Shown: positions 1-9,590 of the stretch, in pieces | Position numbering within the stretch: position 1 is the first letter of the stretch | How the letters are laid out: each line of letters starts with the position of its first letter | DNA from: an uncultured bacterium | Lineage (GTDB): Bacteria; Patescibacteriota; Gracilibacteria; UBA1369; PNNO01 | Assembly (NCBI GenBank): GCA_963704705.1 | Contig: OY969931.1 | Location: 90,001 to 122,000, forward strand | Direction: 5' to 3' | Length of the DNA: 32,000 nucleotides | Notes under the pieces: generated by a model | What the model saw: only the letters and a program-made list of their open reading frames with translations | Told to the model about the DNA's origin: nothing | Database searches by the model: none | Position numbers and translations under genes: made by a program

Positions 1-1191
1 CATCATAACAACGTCAGCATCCTGCTCAATTGCACCTGATTCCCTTAAATCTGAAAGTTGAGGGATTTTGCTTGGCCTTAACTCAACTGCACGCGAGAGC
101 TGCGATAACGCTATAACAGGCAAGTGTAATTCACGGGCAAGGCTCTTTAATGCGCGTGAAATTTCTGAAATTTCCTGAACTCTGTTTGTTTGTCCAAAGT
201 TGGCTTTTCCTGCGCTCATAAGCTGCAAATAATCCACAATAAGAAGATCAAGACCGTGTTCCATTTGAAGTCTGCGTGCTTTTGCTCTAAGCTCAGCGAT
301 TGATCCGCCAACGGAATCATCTATAAATAATTTCATAGAATTTAGTTCGTCCATAATTCCACCGATTTTTGCAAAGTCTTCATCAGTTAATTTTCCGGTT
401 CGCATTTTCCAAGAATCAACTCCCAAAAGCGAACAGAACATTCTTTCAACCAGTTGTTCTTTGGACATCTCCAGCGAAATTATACCAACCGATTTTTGGT
501 TTTTAGCTATATTTTCAGCTATATTAAGCGCAAAAGCGGTTTTACCCATTGAAGGGCGGGCAGCGATAATTACAAGATCAGCTGGCTGCAAACCACTTAA
601 AATATTATCGAGGTCGCGATATCCGGTTGGAATTCCGCGGTATTTATCTTTGCTTTCAGGGTCGTGAAGGTCAGCAAGTTTTTCGTATGTCTGGCTTAAA
701 ATTTCTTTTACATGAACAAATCGGTCTTTAATAAAAGTCTGTGAAACATTGAATAATGATTTTTCAGCTTCTTCTAACAAATTTTCGATTTCTTCTGTTT
801 CGTTAAATCCAAGGCCTTTAATTGTATCGCCGGCTTTAAGCAGTTTCCTTAAAATAGATTTTTGTTTAACGATTGTTGCGTATTGGAAAATATGGCTTGC
901 AGTAGGCACTTCTGTTGTTAGCTCCGCGATATAAGAAGCTCCGCCCACCTGCTCAAGCTCTTTTTTATCTTCAAGGTGCGAAGTAACTGTTAGCACATCA
1001 ATAGGATTTCGTTTTTCAAAAACTTCCATGATCGTCCTATAAATCATTTCATGCTTTTCATGGTAAAAATCTTCCGGCGCAATTATGTCAGCGATTTTAA
1101 TAATTGCGTCTTTGTCGATTAAAAGCGATCCGAGGGTTGACCTTTCGGCCTCCAGACTGTGTGGGGGTACTTTTGAGATATCCTGATTCAT
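1..1191 (-). CDS. dnaB: Replicative DNA helicase DnaB, 3' part beyond the window edge; not in the supplied ORF track
   Basis: Reverse-strand reading from the CAT at 1189-1191 gives MNQDISKVPPHSLEAERSTLGSLLIDKDAII...; further on come Walker A AARPSMGKTAFALNIA, LLIIDYLQLM and LSDLRESGAIEQDADVVMM, all classic DnaB motifs. Open to position 1. Confidence 0.96.
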   Translation of the reverse strand, partial: MNQDISKVPPHSLEAERSTLGSLLIDKDAIIKIADIIAPEDFYHEKHEMIYRTIMEVFEKRNPIDVLTVTSHLEDKKELEQVGGASYIAELTTEVPTASHIFQYATIVKQKSILRKLLKAGDTIKGLGFNETEEIENLLEEAEKSLFNVSQTFIKDRFVHVKEILSQTYEKLADLHDPESKDKYRGIPTGYRDLDNILSGLQPADLVIIAARPSMGKTAFALNIAENIAKNQKSVGIISLEMSKEQLVERMFCSLLGVDSWKMRTGKLTDEDFAKIGGIMDELNSMKLFIDDSVGGSIAELRAKARRLQMEHGLDLLIVDYLQLMSAGKANFGQTNRVQEISEISRALKSLARELHLPVIALSQLSRAVELRPSKIPQLSDLRESGAIEQDADVVMM

Positions 1192-1297
1192 GTCCTTATT
1201 AATTAAGGGCTTTCAATATACTTAAAGTTATGAAAAATTTCAAAATTTTTTATGTTTTTTTAATACTTTTTTAATGATTGTTTGTTAGATTTGCTTT

Positions 1298-1657
1298 ATG
1301 AAGAATATGCAGACTGGCAAAAAAGGGGAACAGCATGCGGCTTTTTATTTAAGATCGTGTGGTTATGAAATATTAACAACAAATTATAAAGTGCTTGGCG
1401 GCGAGATTGATATTATTGCGCGGTATAATTTGGAACTTGTTTTTATCGAGGTAAAAACAAGACACGGCAGAAGTTTTGGGTTGCCTGAAGAAGCCCTGAC
1501 TTATCACAAAAAGAAGAATTTAAAATATGCCATCATTAAATTTATGCATGAGAATTATCATCGCGGCCCTTTTAGATTTGATATGATTGCGATTGAGTTA
1601 AGCGATATTGATGAACTTTTACATTTAAGGCATTATAAGAATGTTCAATTAATCTAA
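1298..1657 (+). CDS. yraN: YraN family (UPF0102) putative endonuclease-like protein
   Basis: KKGEQHAAFYLRSCGYEILTTNYKVLGGEIDIIARYNLELVFIEVKTRHGRSFG matches the UPF0102 signature GEIDLIA...FVEVKTR. Confidence 0.93.
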   Translation: MKNMQTGKKGEQHAAFYLRSCGYEILTTNYKVLGGEIDIIARYNLELVFIEVKTRHGRSFGLPEEALTYHKKKNLKYAIIKFMHENYHRGPFRFDMIAIELSDIDELLHLRHYKNVQLI

Positions 1658-1662
1658 AAAAT

Positions 1663-2958
1663 ATGCATGACCAGGATAAAGAGCGATTCCTCGCCATAGT
1701 AGTGATTGTTGTTATTATTCTAGGTGCGCTTGGATACTTTTTATGGAATTTTGCTTTAAATAAAGGAACCATTACATTTAACGGCAAACCGCCATATATT
1801 ATTACGGTTGATGAAAAAGAATATAATTGCGATATCGAAAGTTGTGAACTTGTTATTCAAGAGGGAACTCATACATATAAAATTACAAAACAAGGTTACA
1901 ATTCTTTAAGCGGTTCAATCACAATTGCGCGCAGCCAGCAGTTAACAATTAATGCTGAACTTACCTATATTCCAATACTGTCACAGCCGCAAACATATAC
2001 AATATTCAGTTTGCCTGAAGGTTATTCAAAATTTATAGAAAAACTTGATTCGATCAGCTTATTCAAAACTTATGATGCCGACTACCAATTAAAACGACTA
2101 CCCAAAGTAATCGAAAATATCGTGTTTAGTTTCTCGGGTGAAAAAGCTTTAGTTTTCGAGAAAGATCAAGTATCTACTTATCAGGTCGCTGACTACACAA
2201 TTAATAAAATTGAGGGCTTAACCGGGGCAATAAACGGTGTTTTTACAGAAGATGAGAATTTCTTTTACACAGTTGCATTTGATGAGGAAGCAGGAAAAGA
2301 TGCGCTTGTTCGCGTGCCGTTTGGTGGTGGAACTTTTGAAAATATGGTTTTTTTCACAAGAAATATTGATGAATATGATTTAAAGGTTTCTTCTGATGAA
2401 AAATTTGCGGTTTTGGCTGATGACACAGGCGAAACAACGATTTTATATTTGATTGATCTTCAGAAAAAAGAACGCACAAATATTTATGAAGGAATTTCTG
2501 CTAACCTCGGCAAATTCACAAATGAAGATGATTATTTTGTTTTTGAAGGTCGAAGTGAAAATGAGGATATTGCCACTTTAAAATATCTTGATACTACAAC
2601 TAAGCAAGTCAAAGACCTGCCTTTTGATAGTTCATTGGCATTGTTTGATTTTAGCCAGGATCCTTATGCGTATTTTGTGTCTGATTCCAATTATACTAAC
2701 AGGGGAGCATTTGTTGATTTTCAAAAAGAGCAGGTCAAAGAAATAACTGTTGAGGATTTATTTCAAGATCAAATTCAGGAAACTCAACCATTGTATTTAT
2801 TTAAATGGGATCCTGTTTTAAATGAATATTTTATGATCGCTAACTTGTCAGACTTTTTTGCAGATCAAAAACCTATGCGAATCGAAGCAACAAAAGATGG
2901 GAAAGAAGTACGGTTTTTAATTGGTGAAAGCGTTTATGATTTAGTGCTGGCTGAATAA
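1663..2958 (+). CDS. Membrane-anchored protein with PEGA-like domain and a probable beta-propeller-like C-terminal region
   Basis: N-terminal TM segment (FLAIVVIVVIILGALGYFLW), then GTITFNGKPPYIITVDEKEYNCD...YKITKQGYNSLSGSITIARSQQL (PEGA-like), then repeated strand-rich segments. Confidence 0.7.
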   Translation: MHDQDKERFLAIVVIVVIILGALGYFLWNFALNKGTITFNGKPPYIITVDEKEYNCDIESCELVIQEGTHTYKITKQGYNSLSGSITIARSQQLTINAELTYIPILSQPQTYTIFSLPEGYSKFIEKLDSISLFKTYDADYQLKRLPKVIENIVFSFSGEKALVFEKDQVSTYQVADYTINKIEGLTGAINGVFTEDENFFYTVAFDEEAGKDALVRVPFGGGTFENMVFFTRNIDEYDLKVSSDEKFAVLADDTGETTILYLIDLQKKERTNIYEGISANLGKFTNEDDYFVFEGRSENEDIATLKYLDTTTKQVKDLPFDSSLALFDFSQDPYAYFVSDSNYTNRGAFVDFQKEQVKEITVEDLFQDQIQETQPLYLFKWDPVLNEYFMIANLSDFFADQKPMRIEATKDGKEVRFLIGESVYDLVLAE

Positions 2959-3001
2959 TAAATTTTAGATTTTTTTTAGAAAAATTTAATCAAAATGTGA
3001 G

Positions 3002-4528
3002 ATGTTTGATGCTCACATTAACAATTTTTCTATGAAAATCTACAGCGCGGCAATCGATGGTTTAAGCCTTTGTTTAACTGAAATCGAAGCTGATATCTCG
3101 CGCGGTTTTCCGACTTTCACTATAGTCGGCCTTGGCGATACTTCAATTAAAGAGGCGCGTGAGCGAATCCGCGCCGCACTTAAAAATTCAGGATATATTT
3201 TCCCTCCGACCCGTAAAGTTATAAGCCTTTCGCCTGCTGATGTAAAAAAGCAGGGCTCTCATTTTGACCTTCCGATCGCTTTAAAAATTTTAACAGCTTC
3301 GGGTCAGATTAGCAGGAAAAGTATAGAGCCAATATTTTGTGCCGGAGAACTTGGCCTGGATGGCAGCCTTAAAAAAATTCCGGGAATTTTGCCTTTAACC
3401 CACTTTGCTTTAAAGAGAGGCTTCAAACAAATTTTTATACCGTATGAAAATAAAGAAGAAGCCGAAATGATAAAAGGAATTGTAATTTTTCCAATCAAAC
3501 ACATAAAAGATTTGATTAGCCATTGTGAAGGCGTGAAGCCAATTACACCGTTAAAGCCGGTTTTTATTAAAGCAAAATATACAAAACCTGAAATTGATTT
3601 TGAACATATCAAAGGTCATCAAATTCCAAAGCGTGCACTTGAAATTGCAGCGGCAGGCAACCATCACATTTGTTTAATAGGGCCTCCGGGCACAGGCAAA
3701 ACAATGCTCGCAAAAGCGTTTTCTTCAATTCTCCCGCCTTTAAATCAAAAAGATTCAATGCAGGTGAGCATGATTTATTCGGTTATGCAAAACAAGCTTA
3801 AACAAAAGCTTCCAATTACGATTCCACAATTCAGGCATGTTCACCATTCAACAACATCAGCAACTTTGATTGGCGGGGGAGTTCCTTTGCAACTTGGCGA
3901 AGCAACCCTCGCGCATAAAGGAGTTTTATTTTTGGATGAGTTCACAGAATTTAATAAAAGAATTATCGAAGAGCTGCGCGAACCATTGCAGGAAGGAGTA
4001 ATAAGACTGGGACGTCATGGACGTACACGCCAACTCCCTGCCAAATTTCAGCTTGTTGCTGCCATGAATCCATGCGCTTGCGGATATTTTGGCGATATGT
4101 ACAAAAGATGCCAGTGCACTCCATATCAAATCAAAAACTATTATAAAAAAATTTCAGGCCCAATCCTTGACCGTATCGACATAATCACCGAAGTACCGCG
4201 TCTTACAAAAACCAGCATCCGAATAAAAAACAATGCCGAACCATCGCGAACAATTCAAAAGCGGGTAATCAAAGCACATGAACTTCAGGAAAAACGCGGT
4301 TTAAAAAACAATCAGCTCCAAATGAATCAAATAAAAGAAGTATGTAAACTAAGTCACGAATCAGAAGATTTTATGTCAAAAGTTATTGAAAAGCTGCACA
4401 TTTCACCGCGGAGCTATTTAAGTATTCTCAAAGTGGCACGAACAATCGCTGACCTCGAACAATGCGACCGTGTTTTAACCGATCACATTGCTGAGGCAGT
4501 TCAATATAAAAAGGACTTTGTTTATTGA
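3002..4528 (+). CDS. comM: YifB/ComM family Mg-chelatase-like AAA ATPase
   Basis: FPTFTIVGLGDTSIKEARERIRAAL, Walker A GPPGTGKTMLAKAFSSILPPL, GALFLDEFTEF-like GVLFLDEFTEFNKRIIEELREPLQEG, MNPCACGYFG. Confidence 0.95.
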   Translation: MFDAHINNFSMKIYSAAIDGLSLCLTEIEADISRGFPTFTIVGLGDTSIKEARERIRAALKNSGYIFPPTRKVISLSPADVKKQGSHFDLPIALKILTASGQISRKSIEPIFCAGELGLDGSLKKIPGILPLTHFALKRGFKQIFIPYENKEEAEMIKGIVIFPIKHIKDLISHCEGVKPITPLKPVFIKAKYTKPEIDFEHIKGHQIPKRALEIAAAGNHHICLIGPPGTGKTMLAKAFSSILPPLNQKDSMQVSMIYSVMQNKLKQKLPITIPQFRHVHHSTTSATLIGGGVPLQLGEATLAHKGVLFLDEFTEFNKRIIEELREPLQEGVIRLGRHGRTRQLPAKFQLVAAMNPCACGYFGDMYKRCQCTPYQIKNYYKKISGPILDRIDIITEVPRLTKTSIRIKNNAEPSRTIQKRVIKAHELQEKRGLKNNQLQMNQIKEVCKLSHESEDFMSKVIEKLHISPRSYLSILKVARTIADLEQCDRVLTDHIAEAVQYKKDFVY

Positions 4529-6399
4529 TAAGTGCAGGTCGTTGCAGTACTGGTATCAACTCTGTTGTCTAAGTAGTAATAATCTCCTACCTGATATTGG
4601 CAACCATAATAGTCGTCAATTCCATAAACCGGAATAAAGTCACCGTCTCTTGCACCGAATTCACGAGCATCGTAAACACCATTATCTGAAGCCATCGCCA
4701 CAGTATTTTTATTTATTTCATATTTGAAAACTCTTCTTGTATTGTTTTCAGTATAATCAGGAATAAAAATCAACATTGTATTATCTAGAGCCAAGCAGTA
4801 CTCTCCCTTATCATCAACAGCTGAATCCATATAAGATGGCCATTCTCCAGGTAGTGTCGATGAATATGAATCAAGAGATCCAATAAAATCTACATACCAA
4901 TCTTGATCACTGTAATCCTGAATGCTTCCGCATCCGTCAAAAGCAATTCCCGCTATTGGTGTAAATTCAAGTGAATCTAGCATTGAATAATAATCTGGCA
5001 TGTAATCATTTAATGTATTTGCATTAGGGGCGCTAAAGAAAAATTCAATATGACTATCCCATTCATTATCAACAACATAGTAACCATTTCGTACAAATAC
5101 ATAATCGGTATTTTCCTCTGTTGCATACCAGGGAGTTTCCTCATTTAAGCCTTGAATTGGGTGTGGTGTCCCATCTGTAATAATATTTCCTTCATATCCG
5201 GTTTCCACCGGAGGAGCATTAATTATGATTCTTAAATCAGGGTCAGCTTCATTTACAAATGCTAATCGAAGTTGGCTAAAAGTGCCAAAATCAGTAGTCT
5301 CTTCTTGATCTAAAGTCCATCCTTCAGGAATATCAAAACTTAAATTAAAATCAGGATTATTATAAGAATTTGAAGCAGAAGTATTTGGCTCTCTGAATGT
5401 AAGCATTATGTGATTAATCAAATAGCTGGCTTCAAGGCTTGGACTAAAAGAACCTATTCTGTAATTTTCATTTATATTAAAACAAGTGGCCTGATATGTT
5501 TCAGGACCGCAATCCATTTGTCTTTGATTTATGGCCACTATTTCATCACCCGCATCTGTAGTGCCTTCAATTATTATACTTGGATAATCAGCAACCACAC
5601 CACCTGCAGTTGTATAAAAATTATCTGAAGTCACCTCCCACCCGTCAGGCATAATAAAGCTTACGCCATTTGAAGGGCTGACATAATAATTAAGTGGATT
5701 TGGCGACATTGTATCAACATAACCAAACACTGAATTATCAGTTAAAGTCTTCATTCTATAAAGCATTTCAGCCACTTCTTTTCTGCTCATTGAATCGCCC
5801 GGATGAAAATAAATTTCATTCATACTGTCAGCAGCAAGTTGTGTTACGTGGTCTTTTCCAACCGCATTTCTATCAACAGCTGAATATATGTAAACATCAA
5901 ACCAGTTGTTGCCTGGTAATACATCTCTGTAAACATTGTCGCCACGATTTAATGATTCTTCGTTTAATAAATCAAATCCAACCACCGCCATTTTAATTGC
6001 TTCAGCCCGGTTAACACACTGTCCCGGTTTAAAAGTTCTATCAGGATATCCTTGAACAGCTTCGTCGCGGATTCCCTGATCAACATATGGCCAATACCAT
6101 TCTTCAGGCGAAACGTCGCTGAAATAATCAGCGTAATACATTGAGCCTGCATGCGCATCGCTCACAATAATGTTTGTACCCAAAGTTAAGTACATCATTT
6201 TTAAAAATTCAGCGCGATTCACACATTGGTCAGGCATAAAAGTGCCATCAGGATATCCCTGAATAACACCGTTATCAGCCATCCACTGAATAGATGAAGC
6301 ATAACTTGTGCTTGTAGTAACATCAGAAAAAGCTGCGCCAGCCACCTGTCCGATCATCAAAGTCAAAATAAAAACAGGAATTAGAAAAACTTTTTTCAT
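4522..6399 (-). CDS. S-layer homology (SLH) domain surface protein
   Basis: Signal peptide MKKVFLIPVFILTLMIGQVAGAA, then three SLH-like repeats (FSDV...GVIQGYPDGTFMPDQCVNRAEFLKMM; FSDVSPEEWYWPYVDQGIRDEAVQGYPDRTFKPGQCVNRAEAIKM; YRDVLPGNNWFDVYIYSAVDRNAV...) and two domains of the FSFDIPEGWTL type. Confidence 0.9.
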   Translation of the reverse strand: MKKVFLIPVFILTLMIGQVAGAAFSDVTTSTSYASSIQWMADNGVIQGYPDGTFMPDQCVNRAEFLKMMYLTLGTNIIVSDAHAGSMYYADYFSDVSPEEWYWPYVDQGIRDEAVQGYPDRTFKPGQCVNRAEAIKMAVVGFDLLNEESLNRGDNVYRDVLPGNNWFDVYIYSAVDRNAVGKDHVTQLAADSMNEIYFHPGDSMSRKEVAEMLYRMKTLTDNSVFGYVDTMSPNPLNYYVSPSNGVSFIMPDGWEVTSDNFYTTAGGVVADYPSIIIEGTTDAGDEIVAINQRQMDCGPETYQATCFNINENYRIGSFSPSLEASYLINHIMLTFREPNTSASNSYNNPDFNLSFDIPEGWTLDQEETTDFGTFSQLRLAFVNEADPDLRIIINAPPVETGYEGNIITDGTPHPIQGLNEETPWYATEENTDYVFVRNGYYVVDNEWDSHIEFFFSAPNANTLNDYMPDYYSMLDSLEFTPIAGIAFDGCGSIQDYSDQDWYVDFIGSLDSYSSTLPGEWPSYMDSAVDDKGEYCLALDNTMLIFIPDYTENNTRRVFKYEINKNTVAMASDNGVYDAREFGARDGDFIPVYGIDDYYGCQYQVGDYYYLDNRVDTSTATTCTYQ

Positions 6400-6463
6400 T
6401 TAAAATATGGTTAATAGTAATTCCGAGGAATACAATAACACATTTTACTATGAAAGTTGCCGT

Positions 6464-7138
6464 TTATTTTTTTCTGAATCCAAGCACCGAAACATATCCG
6501 CCTTCAATTGGGTAGTCGCCTAATGAATAGTCAATTTCATCATTGATATAAAGGCGTAATGCGTAAGGATTTTCGATTTGGAATTTGAATCTTGAGCCCG
6601 ATTTAACATCTCCTGTTATATCAAGAACAACTTTATATTCTTTTGATGATTCAGGTTGTAGTATTGAAGTGAATTTTGAAAATGAAATAACTCCTTCGCG
6701 AACTTTGCTGCGGGCAATTACTTCATCTCCTTCCAAAAGTCTTGCTTCCAGCATTTCGCGGCTATCAACATTGCCAATCAAATTTAATTGAATGCCTTTT
6801 AAAACAAGAGTTTCTGTATTTGATTCAATTATAAATGAAAAAACCTGAGCGTTTTCTTCACCTGGATTTATATAATGAAGATTAGTAGAATCGCTTGCAA
6901 TAATGTTATATGCATTATTAATTTTAAATGCCTCTTTAACTTCCGAACCACTATGCATTACATTTGCCTGCGCAGTATCAGGATTAAATTTTGCATCAAA
7001 ATAAGCCTGGGTTCCATACGCAAAAACCGCCATTAAAAGGAAAACAGCAATGCTCCAGCGTTTATTTCTGAAGCCAGAAATTTCTTGTCTGTGCTTCTTT
7101 ATTAACTTCTTGATATTTATTTTTTTGTCTTTTGTCAT
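6464..7138 (-). CDS. Hypothetical single-pass membrane protein with extracytoplasmic beta-rich domain
   Basis: Basic N-terminus, TM WSIAVFLLMAVFAYGTQAYF and a plausible secreted domain; no family recognised. Confidence 0.6.
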   Translation of the reverse strand: MTKDKKINIKKLIKKHRQEISGFRNKRWSIAVFLLMAVFAYGTQAYFDAKFNPDTAQANVMHSGSEVKEAFKINNAYNIIASDSTNLHYINPGEENAQVFSFIIESNTETLVLKGIQLNLIGNVDSREMLEARLLEGDEVIARSKVREGVISFSKFTSILQPESSKEYKVVLDITGDVKSGSRFKFQIENPYALRLYINDEIDYSLGDYPIEGGYVSVLGFRKK

Positions 7139-7192
7139 AGTTCGTGAGGGTTTTTACGTCCAAATATTATACCATACTTTAGCGCTTTCTTG

Positions 7193-7975
7193 CTAGTCCT
7201 TCTTTATATAAATTATATCTCCGCCAGCAGCGTCCATTGCCTTTTTAAACACATCATAATCATAGCTGAAATCTTTACCTCGTTTTGTTCCAACATCGTT
7301 TGTAATAATTTTTTCAGGTGTATAGCCGATAACAGTAAGCATATGATAACCAGGGTATGGATAGTATGGGTTTTGAAGAATATCTCCCATGATAGGAACG
7401 ATAACCGGATGACCGGCCGATATAGCTTTTTTAATGTCTAGAATATCCGCATCATAAACAATCACAATGTTTTCTTCCGGAATAGAATAATAACCTTTTA
7501 TAAAAGTTTTCATTTCGTTTGCATATAAATCTTTATGTTCTCCGAAAGCTTTTTTCTCCCATTCAATCATATCCAAAATCGTGTCATTAGCGGCTTGCTT
7601 ATCAATTTCTTTGATTCCGTCCAAATAATATTTAACCTGCAGGAGTGATGCTTCCTCGCAGCTTTCTTCATGAAATTTCCAGTTAGCCTCTGTCTCTAAT
7701 GGTGCCTGACAAACAAAAGGCACATCAAGATATGCATTTTCTAAAATAACAACATTTTCTTCCGGGTTTTCTTCAGCGATTTCCGCAATGCTTTCAATTG
7801 TGTTTTCTAAAATCCCACCATCAACAATTTGATCCATCACATTTGCGTTTTCCTCTTCCATTTGTAGTCGTTCAATATAAGCAGTTAGTTTTGGCCAGCC
7901 AATAAAACCAGCGCCAATTGTTATGCCGATTGCAGCGAATACCGCATATTTAGCGAACTTTTGCTTTTTGCTCAT
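7193..7975 (-). CDS. C39-like papain-fold peptidase domain protein (membrane anchored)
   Basis: TM near the N-terminus; ...ETEANWKFHEESCEEASLLQVKYYLDG (Cys motif), GYHMLTVIGYTPEKIITNDVGTKRG (His/Asn-Asp motif) resemble Peptidase_C39_2. Confidence 0.75.
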   Translation of the reverse strand: MSKKQKFAKYAVFAAIGITIGAGFIGWPKLTAYIERLQMEEENANVMDQIVDGGILENTIESIAEIAEENPEENVVILENAYLDVPFVCQAPLETEANWKFHEESCEEASLLQVKYYLDGIKEIDKQAANDTILDMIEWEKKAFGEHKDLYANEMKTFIKGYYSIPEENIVIVYDADILDIKKAISAGHPVIVPIMGDILQNPYYPYPGYHMLTVIGYTPEKIITNDVGTKRGKDFSYDYDVFKKAMDAAGGDIIYIKKD

Positions 7976-9467
7976 AAGCTTTAAGTAAAATTGCCACTAT
8001 AAAATAAATTAATGCTCCAACAGCTATTCTGAATAACTGCAGAGTGAAAAAAGACGTTGAAATTATACTAGGAATATAAATAACCGCAAGTCCCATTAAG
8101 CCGGAGGCAAGAGCGATTTTTATTAATTTTAAGCCAAATTTTCGCCATTTGAATCCTTTGAGTTTTTTTGAGAAAAAAGCAGCGAGCAAAATAAGCTGAA
8201 TAGATGTACCAATTAAAAACGCAATGGATATTGCTGCAACACCAATAAATTTTGCAGCGATTATACAAAATCCAATATTAATTGCATATCCAATCAACGA
8301 AAATGACATTGGCGTTAAAGTGTTTTTATACGCATAATATCCGCGCGCAAAAATATGAACCGCGCTTTCAACCGGAATCGATAAAACAAAAAATACAAGC
8401 ACTGTACTGGTTAATGTAACAGCGGCTTCATCAAAAACTCCTCCTTTCAATATAATTTCGATTATTTCTCGATTCATAATCAGCATTCCAACTGTTGCGG
8501 GCACTGCGAAAAATAATATTTTTTCCAATGTTTTCTGAAAATCAAATGAGAAATTTTTAACATCTTTATTGTGCACATGGTCAGCTAAAAACGGAAAAAC
8601 CGCAGTAGCAAAGGCTATTCCAAATAGACTAACCGGAAAACTTTGCAAATTTCGAGCATAATTAAATGCCGCAACACTTCCCTCAGCCAAACTAAAAGCA
8701 ACAAAAGTATATGTCCAAAGCATTATCTGCCATGCCACAAGGCTAATTGTTTTTGGAATCATCAGTTTAAAAATTTTTCTGACTCCCTCATGTTTTAAAT
8801 CCAATGTTAACTTAAATTTGTATTTAACAGTTAGAATATCCAGAATTCTAACTGCAAGATGAAAGAATGATCCGATGATGGCGCCAAAAGCAGCAGCATA
8901 AATTCCAAATTGTTTACTCAATAAAAGAATTCCAAGAATAATTCCAAGATTATATAAAAATCCGCTAAGCGCATAAGCCATAAAATGCTTCTGAGTAATC
9001 AAAATGCTCCCTAGCGCATTACTTATTGCAAACAAAATCGGCGACAATAAAAGTATTCTCGTCATTCCAATAATCAGTTCATGGTCAGCAGGATCAATAT
9101 GGCTAAAAAAACCGCTTATTACATATGGAGCCAAAAAGAAAAATACAATTCCAAGTCCGCCAAGCAAAAGCGAACCAAAGGTAATAATCGTATTTGCAAT
9201 TTTGCGCGCAACCTCTTCGTTTTCTTTAAAATAACTTGTAAAAACCGGCACAAACGCCACACTAAGCGCACCCGCAATAACCAGATTAAATAAAAGATCA
9301 GGAATCAAAAAAGAAGCATTATAAGCGTCGGTATAGTGTGTTGCACCAAATGTTGTTGAAAGAACACGATCGCGCATCAACCCTGCCGCATAACTAAGTG
9401 CCGACGCAGCCATGAGCAAAAACGCTGCCTGTCCTGTTTTTTGCGATCTAAATATTTTGCTTAGCAT
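7950..9467 (-). CDS. murJ: Lipid II flippase MurJ (MviN family)
   Basis: AASALSYAAGLMRDRVLSTTFGATHYTDAYNASFLIPDLLFNLVIAGALSVAFVPVF and polytopic MOP-superfamily profile; ARNLQSFPVSLFGIAFATAVFPFLA. Confidence 0.95.
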   Translation of the reverse strand: MLSKIFRSQKTGQAAFLLMAASALSYAAGLMRDRVLSTTFGATHYTDAYNASFLIPDLLFNLVIAGALSVAFVPVFTSYFKENEEVARKIANTIITFGSLLLGGLGIVFFFLAPYVISGFFSHIDPADHELIIGMTRILLLSPILFAISNALGSILITQKHFMAYALSGFLYNLGIILGILLLSKQFGIYAAAFGAIIGSFFHLAVRILDILTVKYKFKLTLDLKHEGVRKIFKLMIPKTISLVAWQIMLWTYTFVAFSLAEGSVAAFNYARNLQSFPVSLFGIAFATAVFPFLADHVHNKDVKNFSFDFQKTLEKILFFAVPATVGMLIMNREIIEIILKGGVFDEAAVTLTSTVLVFFVLSIPVESAVHIFARGYYAYKNTLTPMSFSLIGYAINIGFCIIAAKFIGVAAISIAFLIGTSIQLILLAAFFSKKLKGFKWRKFGLKLIKIALASGLMGLAVIYIPSIISTSFFTLQLFRIAVGALIYFIVAILLKAYEQKAKVR

Positions 9468-9475
9468 GGCTGTAT

Positions 9476-9503
9476 TTTATATTAATTACTTAGTAAGTGC
9501 CAA
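9476..9503 (-). promoter_or_regulatory. Predicted sigma70-type promoter of murJ
   Basis: Reverse strand TTGGCA (9503-9498), 16-nt spacer, TATAAA (9481-9476); murJ ATG at 9467. Confidence 0.5.
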
Positions 9504-9551
9504 TTACTTAGTAATCTGGAATTACTAAGTGATCCCTGATCACTCGGTGAT
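9485..9551. repeat. Four 18-bp tandem units each carrying a 13-bp palindromic core ATYAC-N3-GTRAT; candidate regulator operator array
   Basis: Units: ATTACTTAGTAAGTGCCA (9485), ATTACTTAGTAATCTGGA (9503), ATTACTAAGTGATCCCTG (9521), ATCACTCGGTGAT (9539). Lies between the divergent murJ and murA starts. Confidence 0.85.
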
Positions 9552-9561
9552 TTATTTGACT

Positions 9562-9590
9562 TTGTCAAAAATTTAAGTTGAAGCTATAAT
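9562..9590 (+). promoter_or_regulatory. Predicted sigma70-type promoter of murA
   Basis: -35 TTGTCA (9562-9567), 17-nt spacer, -10 TATAAT (9585-9590); ATG at 9601. Confidence 0.75.

Noticed and set aside
461-934. Plus-strand ORFs 461..667 and 749..934
   Set aside because: Antisense to clear DnaB coding sequence on the minus strand; no start context or family.
1194-1208. CCTTA-TTAAT-TAAGG dyad just upstream of dnaB
   Set aside because: Short AT-rich palindrome; could arise by chance and lies in an AT-rich spacer, so no function claimed.
3304-4129. Minus-strand ORFs 3304..3612 and 3926..4129
   Set aside because: Antisense to the highly supported comM/yifB gene.
5410-6158. ORFs 5410..5628, 5694..5996 and 5964..6158 inside the SLH gene region
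   Set aside because: Shadow ORFs overlapping a signal-peptide SLH protein with strong coding motifs.
7190-9293. Plus-strand ORFs 7190..7441, 8068..8268, 9004..9234 and 9081..9293
   Set aside because: Antisense to the C39-like peptidase and MurJ coding regions; sequences lack family features.
9485-9551. 18-bp repeats as a CRISPR array
   Set aside because: Units are too short, linkers are only about 5 bp, and no cas genes are present; fits an operator array better.
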